DNA of 64,000 bases from contig OZ244188.1 in the NCBI GenBank assembly GCA_965216635.1, forward strand, positions 160,001 through 224,000, in the 5' to 3' direction. Made by a program: the position numbers and the translations under genes. Positions 47,182 to 58,480 of this stretch are shown here, in pieces (the first letter of the stretch is position 1; the number at the start of each line of letters is the position of its first letter). A model generated the notes under the pieces. The model saw nothing but the letters and a program-made list of their open reading frames with translations, searched no databases and was not told where the DNA came from. This stretch comes from a bacterium (GTDB lineage Bacteria; SAR324; XYD2-FULL-50-16; G965216635).

Positions 47182-47679
47182 ATGAGTTTTTTAGATTTGG
47201 GGAGTTTAACGGAAGTTACGTTTGCTATTAGTCTTATTTATTATCAATTTATGATAGAACATAACATTGATAGAATTGGTAAAGCTTTGCAAGTAGAATA
47301 TAGAGATAAAGAAAAACAGGTAAGGTTTGAAGAGTTCTATAATGACAGTGGCTTTCAGAAAAAAAATTTTTATGGAACTATTTTTATTAAAAGAGGTGTT
47401 AGTAGATATATTAGTGCCTGTATAGTTTTTTTTTCAATAATATTCCTTTTTTGGATAACAACAACAAAGGTGGAATCTAATAGATTCACTTTTTTATTTT
47501 TTGCTTGGATTTTATTATTTTGTTGTTTTGCAATTATTATTTTGTTTTTTTTAGATATAACATATTCAAAACATATAAAGAAAAAATTTCGCAATTGGGA
47601 TAAATATCACAACAAAAATAACAATGAAAAGATAAAGAAAGAATTGGAAGAAGATACGAAGCTAGAAGAATTTGAGTGA
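47182..47679 (+). CDS. Hypothetical membrane protein (about 3 TM)
   Basis: Hydrophobic segments; very AT-rich. Confidence 0.55.
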   Translation: MSFLDLGSLTEVTFAISLIYYQFMIEHNIDRIGKALQVEYRDKEKQVRFEEFYNDSGFQKKNFYGTIFIKRGVSRYISACIVFFSIIFLFWITTTKVESNRFTFLFFAWILLFCCFAIIILFFLDITYSKHIKKKFRNWDKYHNKNNNEKIKKELEEDTKLEEFE

Positions 47680-47732
47680 TGCTTATTTATTATTTTCTTA
47701 GTAAGTTAATTCTACTAGCCCACAATATTTTA

Positions 47733-50093
47733 TTAAGCAGGCTGAATGGTAATTTCTTCTCCTTTAACATCTAGTTTGTAATTGTTGCTTATCTGTTCAT
47801 CGCTACTGGTGATTTTTTTCGCTATAGGCAAAGTAACATATCTATTAAAGATAGATTTTAATGGTCTAGCTCCATATTTTTCATCAAATCCATCGTTGAT
47901 TATTTTTTGTATTAAGGGATTTGTGAGCTCTACCTGAATTTTTTGTTCATTTAGCCGTTGGTTGAGTTTTACCAATTCTTTGTCAATAAGAGATTGCATG
48001 TTTTCTATTTTCAAGGTTTGGTAATATAAAATACTATCTATTCTACCTACAACTTCAGGTTTAAGATAACTTTTATGATCATTGAGATTAGAAGTAATAA
48101 AGATAATTGTGTTTTTAAAATTAGCGATATTTCCTTGGGTATCTACTAGACGTCCCTCATCTAGTATTTGTAAAAGTATATCAGAAAAATTCGGATGTGC
48201 CTTTTCAATTTCATCAAATAAAACAACCGAGTAATTTTTTGTTCTTATAGCTTCCGTCAATAAGCCTCCTTTTTCATACCCAATATAGCCGGGGGGAGAT
48301 CCTATGAGTTTTGCGACGGAATGGATTTCGCTGTATTCGCTTAGATCTATACGGATAACATTTTTTTCAGAATGAAATAGACAGGCTGCTATAGCTTTAG
48401 CGGTCTCTGTTTTGCCTACTCCACTGGGACCTAAAAGCAAGAAACTTCCCAAAGGTTTATTTGGATCCGACAAACCCAAATAAGAAGATAGTAAAATTTC
48501 TGATATTTCCTTGATAGCTTTATCTTGACCGAAAATTCTTTTCTTTAAAGAGTTTTCTAGCCCGACAAGATTTTCATAATTTGTTCTTAAAATATTTTCT
48601 TTGGGTATTCCAGTAATTCTAGCAGTGACTTCTGCTACAATATCCTTATTGAGTTTCCAAGAAACATCCAAAGATTTTATTTTTGCTTGTATTTCAGGAA
48701 TTTTACCGTGTTTGATTTGGGCTGCAAGGGTTAAATTTCCTTCTTGTTCGGCTTTTTGAAATTGAAATTGCAAATCGTCTAGTTTTTTTTTATATTGAGC
48801 AAGTTCTTTGAGAAGGATATTTTTTTTCTGCCATTCTTGTTTTTCTACTATAAAACGAGATTCCATTTCTTGTATTTCCTTTTCTAATACTTTATTGGGC
48901 TGAGATTTAAGTAGTATTTTTTTACTTCTTATCAAGATCTCCATTTCTTGTATTTCAGGAGGCATAGAATCCGCACTTAGCTTCAAACCAGCCGCTGCTT
49001 CATCAATTAAATCAATGGCTTTATCAGGTAGAAATCTCTCGGTTATGTATTTAGTAGAATACTGGACAGCAGCTATTATAGCTTCATCTGTGATTTCTAT
49101 GCCATGGTGAACCTCAAATTTTTCTTTAAGTCCTAAAATAATTTGAATAGATTCTTCTTCAGAAGGTTCTTCTACCAATATTTTATGAAATCTTCTTTCT
49201 AGTGCTGCATCGGTTTCAATATATTTTTTGTATTCGCTAATGGTTGTACTTCCGATACAGTATATTTCTCCCCTAGCTAAAGGAGGTTTTAGTAAATTAG
49301 CTGCATCTATAGCTCCATCTGTTTTTCCAGCTCCTATTAAAAGGTGTAACTCATCTATAAAAAGAATAGCCTTATTGCCCTGTTGCTTTAAAAATTTAAG
49401 CATACTTTTGAGTTTTTCTTCAAATTCTCCTCTATATTTAGTTCCAGCCATTAGACTACCTATGTCTAGAGAATAGATAGTTTTATTGCTGATGATATTG
49501 GGCACAGTCCCGCTTACAATTAAACCAGCTAAACCATCTACTATGGCTGTTTTTCCTACTCCGGGCGATCCGATTAAAACAGGATTATTTTTTCTGCGAC
49601 GACAAAGTATCTCCTGGATTTTTCTAATTTCTTGAGATCTTCCAATAACTGGATCTAATTTACCTTTTTCTGCTAGTTTGTTAAGATTAGTAAGAAAATC
49701 TGGTGCCTGAGTATTTTCTGCTTCTATTTCGGTTTCATCTAATGCAAGTTTGATAGTAGGGAAAAATCTTTTGAAATATTTCAAAAAATCGTATTCATTA
49801 ATTTGCTGTCTTTTAGATTCTACTGCGTGAGAAGAAGCCAGAGTTATCCATTCATGAAGTTTTTTAGAAGGTTTTATATCTTCTAATGAAATTGAATCAG
49901 CACTAGGTTCATTTTCAATAACTCCTTCTAGGATTTTTTTTTCTTGTTGTAGATGTTTAGAGCAAGTACTGGAAGGATTATTAATAAACCCGAGTAATAG
50001 ATGATGTTCTGTAAGTTGTGTGTTTTTGTTTTCCAGAGCATATTTGTGGGATAATTGGAAAGAACCTTCGCTGATTTCATCAAATTTATTCAT
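47733..50093 (-). CDS. clpB: ClpB-like AAA+ chaperone (short N domain)
   Basis: Two Walker A motifs ([16 protein letters not shown]), [17 protein letters not shown], coiled-coil M domain, GARPL. Confidence 0.88.
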   Translation of the reverse strand: MNKFDEISEGSFQLSHKYALENKNTQLTEHHLLLGFINNPSSTCSKHLQQEKKILEGVIENEPSADSISLEDIKPSKKLHEWITLASSHAVESKRQQINEYDFLKYFKRFFPTIKLALDETEIEAENTQAPDFLTNLNKLAEKGKLDPVIGRSQEIRKIQEILCRRRKNNPVLIGSPGVGKTAIVDGLAGLIVSGTVPNIISNKTIYSLDIGSLMAGTKYRGEFEEKLKSMLKFLKQQGNKAILFIDELHLLIGAGKTDGAIDAANLLKPPLARGEIYCIGSTTISEYKKYIETDAALERRFHKILVEEPSEEESIQIILGLKEKFEVHHGIEITDEAIIAAVQYSTKYITERFLPDKAIDLIDEAAAGLKLSADSMPPEIQEMEILIRSKKILLKSQPNKVLEKEIQEMESRFIVEKQEWQKKNILLKELAQYKKKLDDLQFQFQKAEQEGNLTLAAQIKHGKIPEIQAKIKSLDVSWKLNKDIVAEVTARITGIPKENILRTNYENLVGLENSLKKRIFGQDKAIKEISEILLSSYLGLSDPNKPLGSFLLLGPSGVGKTETAKAIAACLFHSEKNVIRIDLSEYSEIHSVAKLIGSPPGYIGYEKGGLLTEAIRTKNYSVVLFDEIEKAHPNFSDILLQILDEGRLVDTQGNIANFKNTIIFITSNLNDHKSYLKPEVVGRIDSILYYQTLKIENMQSLIDKELVKLNQRLNEQKIQVELTNPLIQKIINDGFDEKYGARPLKSIFNRYVTLPIAKKITSSDEQISNNYKLDVKGEEITIQPA

Positions 50094-50098
50094 AAATT

Positions 50099-51478
50099 TT
50101 ATTTTTGAATACCTCCCTTTGTTAATTTCACAGGATTTAATAATATTTCTAGTTTTTTTCTAGGTATATCACAGTTTTTTTCGGCTACATCTATAATAGG
50201 TTGTTTTGTTTTGTAGGCTTCTTTGGCAATACTCGCAGCTTTAGCATAACCTATAATAGGATTGAGAGCAGTGACTAATATAGGATTTTTTGCAAGCGAT
50301 TGGTTAAGATTGCCTTCTAGGACTTTAAGATCTTTGATTGCTTTATCGGCTAAAGAGGTAGAGCCTTTTGCTAATAATTCTATACTTTGGAGAATATTGT
50401 AGCCGATAACAGGCAACATAACATTGAGTTGGAAGGAGCCACTTTGTCCAGCCACCACGATAGTGGTATCGTTTCCTATTACCTGAGCTGCAACCATTGT
50501 TATAGATTCAGGGATTACAGGGTTCACCTTGCCTGGCATAATGCTACTTCCAGGTTGTAAAGCGGTAAGCTCAATTTCTCCCAACCCAGAAAGGGGACCA
50601 CTATTCATCCAACGCAAATCATTAGCAATTTTCATTAAAGAAACAGCAACAGTTTTTAAAGCACCAGAAAGTTCTACGATCGTATCTTGGCAGCTCAAAG
50701 CCTCAAAAAAAGATTCGCTAGATTTAAAACTTAATTTTAATTCACCACTCAAGCTCTTACAAAATTTTTTAGCAAAATCTGGGTGAGTATTAATTCCACT
50801 ACCGACTGCGGTGCCTCCTTGAGCTAATTGATTCAATCTAGGTAAAACAGTCTGAATTCTTAAAATCCCATTTTTTATTTGTTGTCCCCAAGCTCCTAAT
50901 TCTTGGCTCAAGCGGATAGGCATAGCATCCATCAAATGAGTTCTACCTGTTTTACAAATTTTATTGAGTTGGCTAGATTTTTTATCAATCGTTTTTTTTA
51001 AATGAATTAATGAAGGTAGTAATTCCTTCTGTGTTTTTATACTAGAACTGAGATGAATAGTTGTAGGAATCACATCGTTGCTACTTTGCCCCATATTGAC
51101 ATGGTCGTTAGGATTGACTTTAGTTTTACTTTTTTTTGAAGCTAAACTAGCCAATACTTCATTCATATTCATATTGGTGCTAGTGCCAGATCCTGTTTGA
51201 AAAATATCTACAGGGAACTGTTCTAAGTGTTTGCCGTGTATAATTTCTTGTGCAGCATCACAAATAGAACTTGCAATTTTTTTGTCCAAAAGTTTTAATT
51301 CTGCATTAACTTTAGCAGCGTGCATTTTAATCATAGCTAAAGTGGTAATAAAATCTTTGGAGAAAACAAGTCCACTAATCTGAAAATTATCAATAGCTCT
51401 CTGAGTTTGTGCACCGTAGTGAGATTCAAGCGGTACTTTTATTTCACCGAGGCTATCCTTTTCTATTCTGTATTTCAT
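50099..51478 (-). CDS. fumC: Fumarate hydratase class II
   Basis: QTGSGTSTNMN, GRTHLMDA, GSSIMPGKVNP. Confidence 0.96.
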   Translation of the reverse strand: MKYRIEKDSLGEIKVPLESHYGAQTQRAIDNFQISGLVFSKDFITTLAMIKMHAAKVNAELKLLDKKIASSICDAAQEIIHGKHLEQFPVDIFQTGSGTSTNMNMNEVLASLASKKSKTKVNPNDHVNMGQSSNDVIPTTIHLSSSIKTQKELLPSLIHLKKTIDKKSSQLNKICKTGRTHLMDAMPIRLSQELGAWGQQIKNGILRIQTVLPRLNQLAQGGTAVGSGINTHPDFAKKFCKSLSGELKLSFKSSESFFEALSCQDTIVELSGALKTVAVSLMKIANDLRWMNSGPLSGLGEIELTALQPGSSIMPGKVNPVIPESITMVAAQVIGNDTTIVVAGQSGSFQLNVMLPVIGYNILQSIELLAKGSTSLADKAIKDLKVLEGNLNQSLAKNPILVTALNPIIGYAKAASIAKEAYKTKQPIIDVAEKNCDIPRKKLEILLNPVKLTKGGIQK

Positions 51479-51499
51479 TCTATTTTTTTTTTATTTGTT

Positions 51500-51742
51500 G
51501 AGACTGTTGAATTAGGTATTATAGGAAAGCTAGACAAGGCGCGAAAATTTTTTACCCAAGAGGAATACTGAAGTATTTTGAGTGATAAAAAATTTGAGCA
51601 ACAGCGTAATGCCAAACACTACAAAACTTAGCAAGACCACAAATAGACTGCAAAAGAGCCAGTGGCTCTTTTGCTAAAGCCTGTATAAAGTGAACGCAGT
51701 AAGCCTGTTTTGCTGAACTAGAATGTCTAATTCAATAGTCTC
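51500..51742. mobile_element. MITE-like repeat, GAGAC-end variant
   Basis: GAGACTGTTGAATTAG ... CTAATTCAATAGTCTC, flanked by TTGTT on both sides; internal GCAAAAGAGCCA-G-TGGCTCTTTTGC. Confidence 0.8.
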
Positions 51743-51811
51743 TTGTTATTTTGAATAACTACTGCTAATATAATATAAAACCATACATCTGTAAATAAAA
51801 ATTATTTATCA

Positions 51812-52801
51812 ATGGATTTAATAAAAAGACTCCGAAGAACCCGCCAAAATGAGCAAATTCGCTCTTTAGTTCGCGAAAATTCTGTAAAAGTGGCAGATTT
51901 GATTTTACCTCTCTTTGTTTCTGATGAGAAGAAAAACAGATCTATTTCCTCTATGCCCGATATTTTTTGTTATTGCTTAGAGGGAGTTTTAAGAATTTGT
52001 GAAGAGGCAGTAACTTTAGGTCTTTCAGCCGTTGCCTTGTTTCCTTCTGTAGATAAAAAAAAAAAAGATAAACAAGCAAGCTATGCCTGCAGAGAAGACA
52101 ATTTTTATTTAAAAGTAGTGGAAAAAATCAAACAACAATACCCTAATCTTTTGGTTATTACCGATGTAGCTATGGATCCTTATAATTCCGATGGCCAAGA
52201 TGGTTTATTAGGAGAAAACCAAGAAATTCTAAACGATGAAACTTTAGAGATACTTTCTCAAATGGCTTTACTACAAGCTGCTGCAGGAGCAGATATTGTA
52301 GCCCCTTCTGATATGATGGATGGTAGAATCAGTTATATTCGCAAGAGACTAGATGCTCAAGGTTATGAAAATACGATATTAATGTCTTATACGGTAAAAT
52401 ATGCATCTGCTTTTTATGCTCCTTTCAGAGATGCTTTAGACAGCAAACCGGGGTTTGGTGATAAAAAAAGCTACCAGATGGATCCTGCAAATTTAAAAGA
52501 AGCCCAGCTAGAAGCCCAGTTAGATTTTGAGGAAGGAGCAGATATTATTATGGTAAAGCCCGGAATTTTTTATTTAGATGTGGTTAGAACTCTTTACAAC
52601 CGACTTCCTATTCCCATAGCATCCTATAATGTTTCTGGGGAATACGCTATGGTAAAAGCAGCAGCCCAAAATGGCTGGATTGATTACAATCAAGCTATTC
52701 AAGAAATAATGTTGAGTTTTAAAAGAGCAGGCTGCAGCATGGTTTTAACCTATCACGCTTTGGATTTAGCTCGTCTTTTACAAGAACATGGAAACTTTTG
52801 A
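51812..52801 (+). CDS. hemB: Porphobilinogen synthase
   Basis: DVAMDPY, APSDMMDGR, KYASAFYAPFRDA, MVKP, YNVSGEY. Confidence 0.97.
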   Translation: MDLIKRLRRTRQNEQIRSLVRENSVKVADLILPLFVSDEKKNRSISSMPDIFCYCLEGVLRICEEAVTLGLSAVALFPSVDKKKKDKQASYACREDNFYLKVVEKIKQQYPNLLVITDVAMDPYNSDGQDGLLGENQEILNDETLEILSQMALLQAAAGADIVAPSDMMDGRISYIRKRLDAQGYENTILMSYTVKYASAFYAPFRDALDSKPGFGDKKSYQMDPANLKEAQLEAQLDFEEGADIIMVKPGIFYLDVVRTLYNRLPIPIASYNVSGEYAMVKAAAQNGWIDYNQAIQEIMLSFKRAGCSMVLTYHALDLARLLQEHGNF

Positions 52802-53534
52802 GTGGGTTTTAAGAAAAGATATAGGAGGCAGGAAAGAACAACAGGACAGCGGTTGCGTTTTGGTGAAAGATAATATCCTTTTAGCAGCCGTAGCTGATGG
52901 TTTAGGTGGACATAGAGGTGGAGCGCTTGCGTCTCAGACAGTAGTAGAAAAAATAAAAGAAACATTTTCCAAAGAATCCTTTCCAGTCAAATCTCCCGCA
53001 GTTTGGATGGATAAATTTTGTTCGCAAATTCATTCCGCAATAGTTAGCAAAGGAGAAAAGCAAGGAAGCGATCCTATGACGACAATTGTTTTTCTTTTAA
53101 TCCAAGAAAATCGTGCCTATTGGTTTCATGTGGGAGATAGCCGTCTTTATTATTTTTTTAGTCAAAGCTTTAAACTTCGCACGCAAGACCATTCCCAAGT
53201 GCAACATCTTGTAAATCTTGGGCTAGTAAAAGAAGAAGAAATGGGAAATCATCCAGAACAGAATTTACTTTTGCGGTGTTTAGGAGGAAACGATTGGCAA
53301 CCAGATTTTGGAAGTGATAATTTTTCTGAAGACAAGGCTATTTTATTATGCACTGATGGCTTTTGGGAAGTATTTAACAAAAAAGAAATGTCCTGCTTGG
53401 CTTATAGTAAAAACTTAAAAAAAGACGCCACTAGAGCTATGAATTTAGCAGCTCGCAGAGGTGGAGTTAGAGGAGATAATTTAACTTTTATTGTAGTAAG
53501 ACCGTCACATAACGCCAATGCAGTGCTCTTGTAG
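52788..53534 (+). CDS. PP2C/PPM-family Ser/Thr protein phosphatase
   Basis: R.EQQD, VADGLGGH, HVGDSR, LCTDG, DNLT. Confidence 0.92.
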   Translation: METFEWVLRKDIGGRKEQQDSGCVLVKDNILLAAVADGLGGHRGGALASQTVVEKIKETFSKESFPVKSPAVWMDKFCSQIHSAIVSKGEKQGSDPMTTIVFLLIQENRAYWFHVGDSRLYYFFSQSFKLRTQDHSQVQHLVNLGLVKEEEMGNHPEQNLLLRCLGGNDWQPDFGSDNFSEDKAILLCTDGFWEVFNKKEMSCLAYSKNLKKDATRAMNLAARRGGVRGDNLTFIVVRPSHNANAVLL

Positions 53535-53541
53535 TTAGAAA

Positions 53542-54099
53542 ATGTTTATGAAAGAATCCCAAGAAAAATTTAAGATAAGAAAAGAAGTTGCCACAAAATG
53601 GTTAGCAGTAAAGAAAGAAAAAACTGCTGCTTGGGTTATAATTGCTTTAGAAAAAATATCTAATCTCAAAGAATTTTTAGAAGCCAAGATAATTTTAGTT
53701 TATGCTCCTCAGCCTAAAAGGGAGATAAATTTTGTGGCTAGTCTAATGGAAATGTTCCCAGAAAAAATTTATGCTTTTCCTAGAATTATTAGTGATACAA
53801 AAATAGATTTTTTCAAAATAAAAAAATATCAATATCTTATAAAGCAAGAGTTTGGCATTTTATCACCAACACCAAATTCTACAAAACTAGAAGACAACCC
53901 TCATTTTGCATTTATTCCAGCAGTAGCCTGTGATAAAAATAACAATAGACTGGGAAGAGGTGCAGGTTTTTACGATAGGTATTTACAAACACAAACCAAT
54001 CTTTTCAAGGTTTGTATTTTACCCTACTTTGCAGTTTATAACGAGATACCTGTAGAAAAATGGGACCAAAAAGTGGATAAAATATTTTTTATTCCGTAA
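53542..54099 (+). CDS. 5-formyltetrahydrofolate cyclo-ligase
   Basis: FGILSP, IPAVACD...RLGRGAGFYDRYL, WDQKVD. Confidence 0.9.
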   Translation: MFMKESQEKFKIRKEVATKWLAVKKEKTAAWVIIALEKISNLKEFLEAKIILVYAPQPKREINFVASLMEMFPEKIYAFPRIISDTKIDFFKIKKYQYLIKQEFGILSPTPNSTKLEDNPHFAFIPAVACDKNNNRLGRGAGFYDRYLQTQTNLFKVCILPYFAVYNEIPVEKWDQKVDKIFFIP

Positions 54100-54119
54100 T
54101 TCCTTTTAATTTTTAAAAA

Positions 54120-54215
54120 ATGGATAGTAAAAAAATCATAGAAGAAATTCTCAACCAAATTCCAACACAGGAAGAAAAGCGGTATGTTTTTCGAGGAGAA
54201 AATAATGCAGAATGA
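54120..54215 (+). pseudogene. N-terminal remnant of an FRG-domain protein
   Basis: MDSKKIIEEILNQIPTQEEKRYVFRGENNAE* ends just after the FRG motif. Confidence 0.45.
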
Positions 54216-54243
54216 TCAAGTATAAAAAATTTCTAAAGAAAAA

Positions 54244-57200
54244 ATGCAAATAGCCATAAAAGAATATTACGAAGAAAAAACAGAATTGGTTCGCCGTACT
54301 GGTTCTACGAATGAAACAGTTATCCGTGAAGCTTTTAAAAATCTCATTCAAAAATATGCTAGAAAAAAAGATTTGTTCCTTATCCCAGAATTGCCTGTAG
54401 GAGATAAACGTATTACTCCAGACGGCACACTCAAAAATTCTTTAAGACTAGATTTAGGCTATTGGGAATCTAAAGATAGTAAAGATGATTTAAAGCAAGA
54501 AATTCAAAAAAAAACACAGAAAGGCTACCCTTTAAATAATATGCTTTTTGAAGATAGCGAAACTGCTATTTTGTATCAAGATAAAAATCTAGTCAAAGAA
54601 GCAGATATAAAAGATCATTCAGAACTGGATAAAATTATCCAACAATTTATAGACTACCAGCCTCCTGAAGTCCAAGAATTTTTTAAGGCACTAGAACAAT
54701 TCAAAACAGATATTCCTCAAATAGCGGATAGCTTAAAAAAACTAATCCAAGAACAAAAAGAACCGCGTTATATTCAAAAAAGAGATGGTTTTTTAGAGCT
54801 TTGTAAAGAAGAAATTAACCCGCATATTTCCCAAGCAGACATAGAAGAAATGATGGTGCAGCATATTCTTACCCAAGATATTTTCACTGCTATTTTTGAC
54901 GATAGCGGTTTTCACCGCCAAAACAATATCGCCAAAGAACTAGAAAAAATTATAGAAATTTTTCTTGATAGAGAATTTCGCAAAAACAAATTGGATTCTA
55001 TCCAGTATTACTACAGAATTATCAACGCACAGGCTAGTAGCATTGCAGATTATAATGAAAAACAAAAATTTTTAAAAATAGTCTATGAAAATTTTTACAA
55101 AGCCTATAACCCCAAAGCAGCCGATAGGCTAGGAGTAGTTTATACTCCCAATGAAATTGTGAGATTTATCAATAGAAATGCAGACCATCTTTTAGAAAAA
55201 CACTTCCAAAAAAATCTACATAGCGAAGGAGTAGAAATACTAGACCCTGCTGTTGGTACTGGAACTTTTATTACAGATTTAATTGATTGGATTCCCAAAC
55301 AGTATTTAGAATACAAATACAAAAATGAAATTCACGCAAACGAGGTTGCTATTCTGCCTTATTATATTGCCAATCTTAATATTGAATATATCTACCAGAA
55401 AAAAATGAGCACTTACTCAGAATACAAAAATATCTGTTTCGTAGATACTTTGGATAATACTGTAGCTACAAAAGGTGGAGGACAAACAATGAAGCTTATC
55501 GTGAGTAATGAAAATAGCGAAAGAATAAATACACAAAATAAAAAGAAAATTTCTGTTGTTATTGGAAATCCACCTTACAACGCAAACCAGCAAAATTTTA
55601 ATGATTTTAACAAAAATAGAGAATACCCAGTAATAGACAAGAGAATCAAAGCTACTTATGTAAAAGAAAGCACAGCCCAAAAAACCAAAACCTACGATAT
55701 GTATTCTCGTTTTATCCGCTGGGCGAGCGACCGTATTAAAGAGCAAGGTATTGTAGCCTTTGTTTGCAACCGTAGTTTTATAGATGCTCGTAGTTTTGAC
55801 GGTTTTAGAAAGTGCATCTCCTCAGAATTTGATTATTGTTATGTAGTGGATACTCACGGAGATATAAGGAGTAAACAAAGAGAAGCTGGGGGTAATGTTT
55901 TTGGCATTCAAACAGGGGTTGCTATCCTTTTTTTGGTAAAGAAAGAAGAAGACGCTCATTCTTGTCAAATTTATTATAGCGAGATAGAAAAACTGTTGGG
56001 TGCAAAAGAGAAGCTAGATTGGTTACAGAATCAAAAATGGGAAGATATAAAATTTAAGAGAATCATTCCCGATAAAAAAAACAACTGGTTCAACCAAATA
56101 GAAAACGATTGGAGTGATATGCCTAAACTAGCAGATAAGAAGGTCAAACAAGGAAAAGAAGGAGTATTGCATAGAGCTATTTTTCAACTCTATTCTTTAG
56201 GGGCTGTTTCTAATAGAGATGAATGGGTCTATGACTTTAACAAACAAAATTTACAAAAAAAAGTAAAATATTTTATCCAAATTTATGAAAAAAAAAGAGA
56301 ATCTTTTTTTAATCAATCTGAAACAGAAATAAAAAAACAAATTGCCGAAGGACTGCCTCCTCGTTTGGGAAAAGAAATAAAATTTACAAGGGAGCTTATA
56401 AAAAATGATTTTAAAAAAAACAAAGAAATTCAATGCCAACCAAAAAAAACAATTACTACTTTTTACAAACCTTTTGTAAAAAAATGGAATTACTTTGATA
56501 CTGAACATGCGATCACACATTGTCACTACCAAAACACTCATATTTTTGGAAAATACGGCACCCAGTCCAATCAAATTATTTGTTTTGATAGAAGAGAAAA
56601 AACAATTTTTAATTGTTTAGCTTCAAACAAACTCGTAGATCTTCACTATCTAGGAGATTCTCAATGCTTTCCTCTTTATCGCTATGAAAATGGCAAAAAA
56701 ATAGAAAACATTACCGATTGGGGCTTACAAGAAATAGGAAAACACTACCCAAATCTTAAAATCAGTAAGCCAGATATTTTTCATTTTATCTATGCAGTTT
56801 TGCACTGCCCAGAATACCGCAACAAATATAAACTCAACCTGCAACAAGAACTGCCACGATTACCGCTTGGAGAAGAGAAATACCAAAATTTCGGGCAATG
56901 GAAAACTTGGGGCGAGCAACTTATGAAATTGCATCTTGATTTTGAAAACTGCAAACCCTATCCTTTAGAAAGAAGAGACAACAAAAAAACAAATTCTCTT
57001 CGTGCTTTATTGCGAGCTGATAAATCAGCCGAAAACAGAGGCTCTATCCGTATAGACGAGAAAACTAGCCTGCACGGTGTTCCAAGTATTGCTTGGGAAT
57101 ATCAATTAAATGGTCGCTCTCCTATGGAATGGGTGCTAAACCAATACAAACCTAAAAAAATAAAAGACCAGAGCGTAGCTGAAATGTTTGACTCTTACGA

Positions 57201-57297
57201 TTTTGCTGAACACAAAGAAACAGTGATTGCCTTGCTTCAAAAATTATGCACTCTTTCTGTAGAAACTATGAAAATTCTTTCACAAATTTCTAAATAA
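54244..57297 (+). CDS. Single-polypeptide restriction-modification enzyme (PD-ExK nuclease + N6 adenine MTase + type ISP-like specificity domain, no helicase)
   Basis: TPDG...YWESKD, GVVYTP, LDPAVGTGTF, IGNPPY, FIRWASDR, IFHFIYAVLH.PEYR. Confidence 0.85.
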   Translation: MQIAIKEYYEEKTELVRRTGSTNETVIREAFKNLIQKYARKKDLFLIPELPVGDKRITPDGTLKNSLRLDLGYWESKDSKDDLKQEIQKKTQKGYPLNNMLFEDSETAILYQDKNLVKEADIKDHSELDKIIQQFIDYQPPEVQEFFKALEQFKTDIPQIADSLKKLIQEQKEPRYIQKRDGFLELCKEEINPHISQADIEEMMVQHILTQDIFTAIFDDSGFHRQNNIAKELEKIIEIFLDREFRKNKLDSIQYYYRIINAQASSIADYNEKQKFLKIVYENFYKAYNPKAADRLGVVYTPNEIVRFINRNADHLLEKHFQKNLHSEGVEILDPAVGTGTFITDLIDWIPKQYLEYKYKNEIHANEVAILPYYIANLNIEYIYQKKMSTYSEYKNICFVDTLDNTVATKGGGQTMKLIVSNENSERINTQNKKKISVVIGNPPYNANQQNFNDFNKNREYPVIDKRIKATYVKESTAQKTKTYDMYSRFIRWASDRIKEQGIVAFVCNRSFIDARSFDGFRKCISSEFDYCYVVDTHGDIRSKQREAGGNVFGIQTGVAILFLVKKEEDAHSCQIYYSEIEKLLGAKEKLDWLQNQKWEDIKFKRIIPDKKNNWFNQIENDWSDMPKLADKKVKQGKEGVLHRAIFQLYSLGAVSNRDEWVYDFNKQNLQKKVKYFIQIYEKKRESFFNQSETEIKKQIAEGLPPRLGKEIKFTRELIKNDFKKNKEIQCQPKKTITTFYKPFVKKWNYFDTEHAITHCHYQNTHIFGKYGTQSNQIICFDRREKTIFNCLASNKLVDLHYLGDSQCFPLYRYENGKKIENITDWGLQEIGKHYPNLKISKPDIFHFIYAVLHCPEYRNKYKLNLQQELPRLPLGEEKYQNFGQWKTWGEQLMKLHLDFENCKPYPLERRDNKKTNSLRALLRADKSAENRGSIRIDEKTSLHGVPSIAWEYQLNGRSPMEWVLNQYKPKKIKDQSVAEMFDSYDFAEHKETVIALLQKLCTLSVETMKILSQISK

Positions 57298-57304
57298 AAA
57301 AATA

Positions 57305-58480
57305 ATGAAAAACTATCTAACTCCAAACTACAAACCTTTTTCTCTCATACCTCATTCTGCTAAAGGAACTTGGGTTTATGACAAAAAAGGACAAGATTTT
57401 TTGGATCTTACAGGAGGTATAGCCGTGAATTGTTTAGGGCATTGTCACCCTAAAATTTTAGAAACTTTAGAAAAACAGGCAAAAAAACTTTGGCATACTA
57501 GTAATTATTTTATCAATACTCCCGCCTTAAAATTAGCTGAGAAACTTATCCAACTCACTTTTGCAGGGAAAGTTTTTTTTTCCAATTCTGGTTCTGAAGC
57601 AAATGAAGCAGCCCTCAAACTAAGTCGGTTGTATGCTTTCAAAAATTTTGCAAAAGATAAAAACATCATCCATTCTTTTAAAAACTCCTTTCACGGAAGA
57701 AGTCTTTTTACAGTGACCGCTGGAGGAACAGATAGTTACAAAACTGGTTTTGCACCTCTGCCTCAAGCGATTGAGCATACAGATTTCAATGATATACAAG
57801 CTTTAGAAAATGCAATGAGTGAAAAAAGTTGTGCTGTGATTTTGGAGCCTATTCAAGGAGAAGGAGGTATTAACCTTATAGATTTACAATTTTTAAAAAA
57901 AGTAAGAAAGCTATGCAACCAATACAAGGCTTGTCTTATTTTTGACGAAGTTCAAACAGGAATGGGCCGTACAGGATCTTTTTATGCCTATCAAGAATGG
58001 GGAATAGAACCAGATATATTAACCATAGCAAAAGCATTAGGAGGAGGTTTTCCTATTTCTGCTATGATCTGCCGAGACTATCTAGCAGAAGTTTTGCAAG
58101 CTGGAACTCACGGTTCTACCTTTGGAGGTAATCCATTAGCCTGTGCGGTAGCCTATGAAGTAGTAAGTACTGTAAGCAAAAAAAAATTCTTGGCAAAAGT
58201 GAAAAAAAGTTCAGAATTTTTTTTTCAAAATTTAAACAAAATACAACAAAAATACTCACTCTTTACATCTATAAGAGGTATGGGTTTGATGATAGGAGTA
58301 GAATTTAAACCCAATTATTCTGTGCAAAAATTTATTAGTTTGGCATTAGAACAAAAGCTACTCGTTTTATCGGCTGGAGGGAATGTTTTAAGAATGCTAC
58401 CGCCACTTAATATTTCGCAAGCTGAAATCAAAGAATCTTTTAGGAGATTAGAAAAAAGTATTCAAAAATTTTTAAAATGA
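57305..58480 (+). CDS. argD: Acetylornithine/succinylornithine aminotransferase
   Basis: NSGSEANEAALK, SFHGRS, EPIQGEGG, DEVQTG, AKALGGG, HGSTFGGNP. Confidence 0.92.
   Translation: MKNYLTPNYKPFSLIPHSAKGTWVYDKKGQDFLDLTGGIAVNCLGHCHPKILETLEKQAKKLWHTSNYFINTPALKLAEKLIQLTFAGKVFFSNSGSEANEAALKLSRLYAFKNFAKDKNIIHSFKNSFHGRSLFTVTAGGTDSYKTGFAPLPQAIEHTDFNDIQALENAMSEKSCAVILEPIQGEGGINLIDLQFLKKVRKLCNQYKACLIFDEVQTGMGRTGSFYAYQEWGIEPDILTIAKALGGGFPISAMICRDYLAEVLQAGTHGSTFGGNPLACAVAYEVVSTVSKKKFLAKVKKSSEFFFQNLNKIQQKYSLFTSIRGMGLMIGVEFKPNYSVQKFISLALEQKLLVLSAGGNVLRMLPPLNISQAEIKESFRRLEKSIQKFLK

Noticed and set aside
51495..51747. TTGTT as the family target-site duplication
   Set aside because: It is seen at only one copy; the others suggest TA or nothing, so the target duplication is unresolved.
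46461..51800. Replication terminus / dif site suggested by the skew change
   Set aside because: No convincing XerC/XerD dif sequence was found and the skew evidence is only anecdotal.
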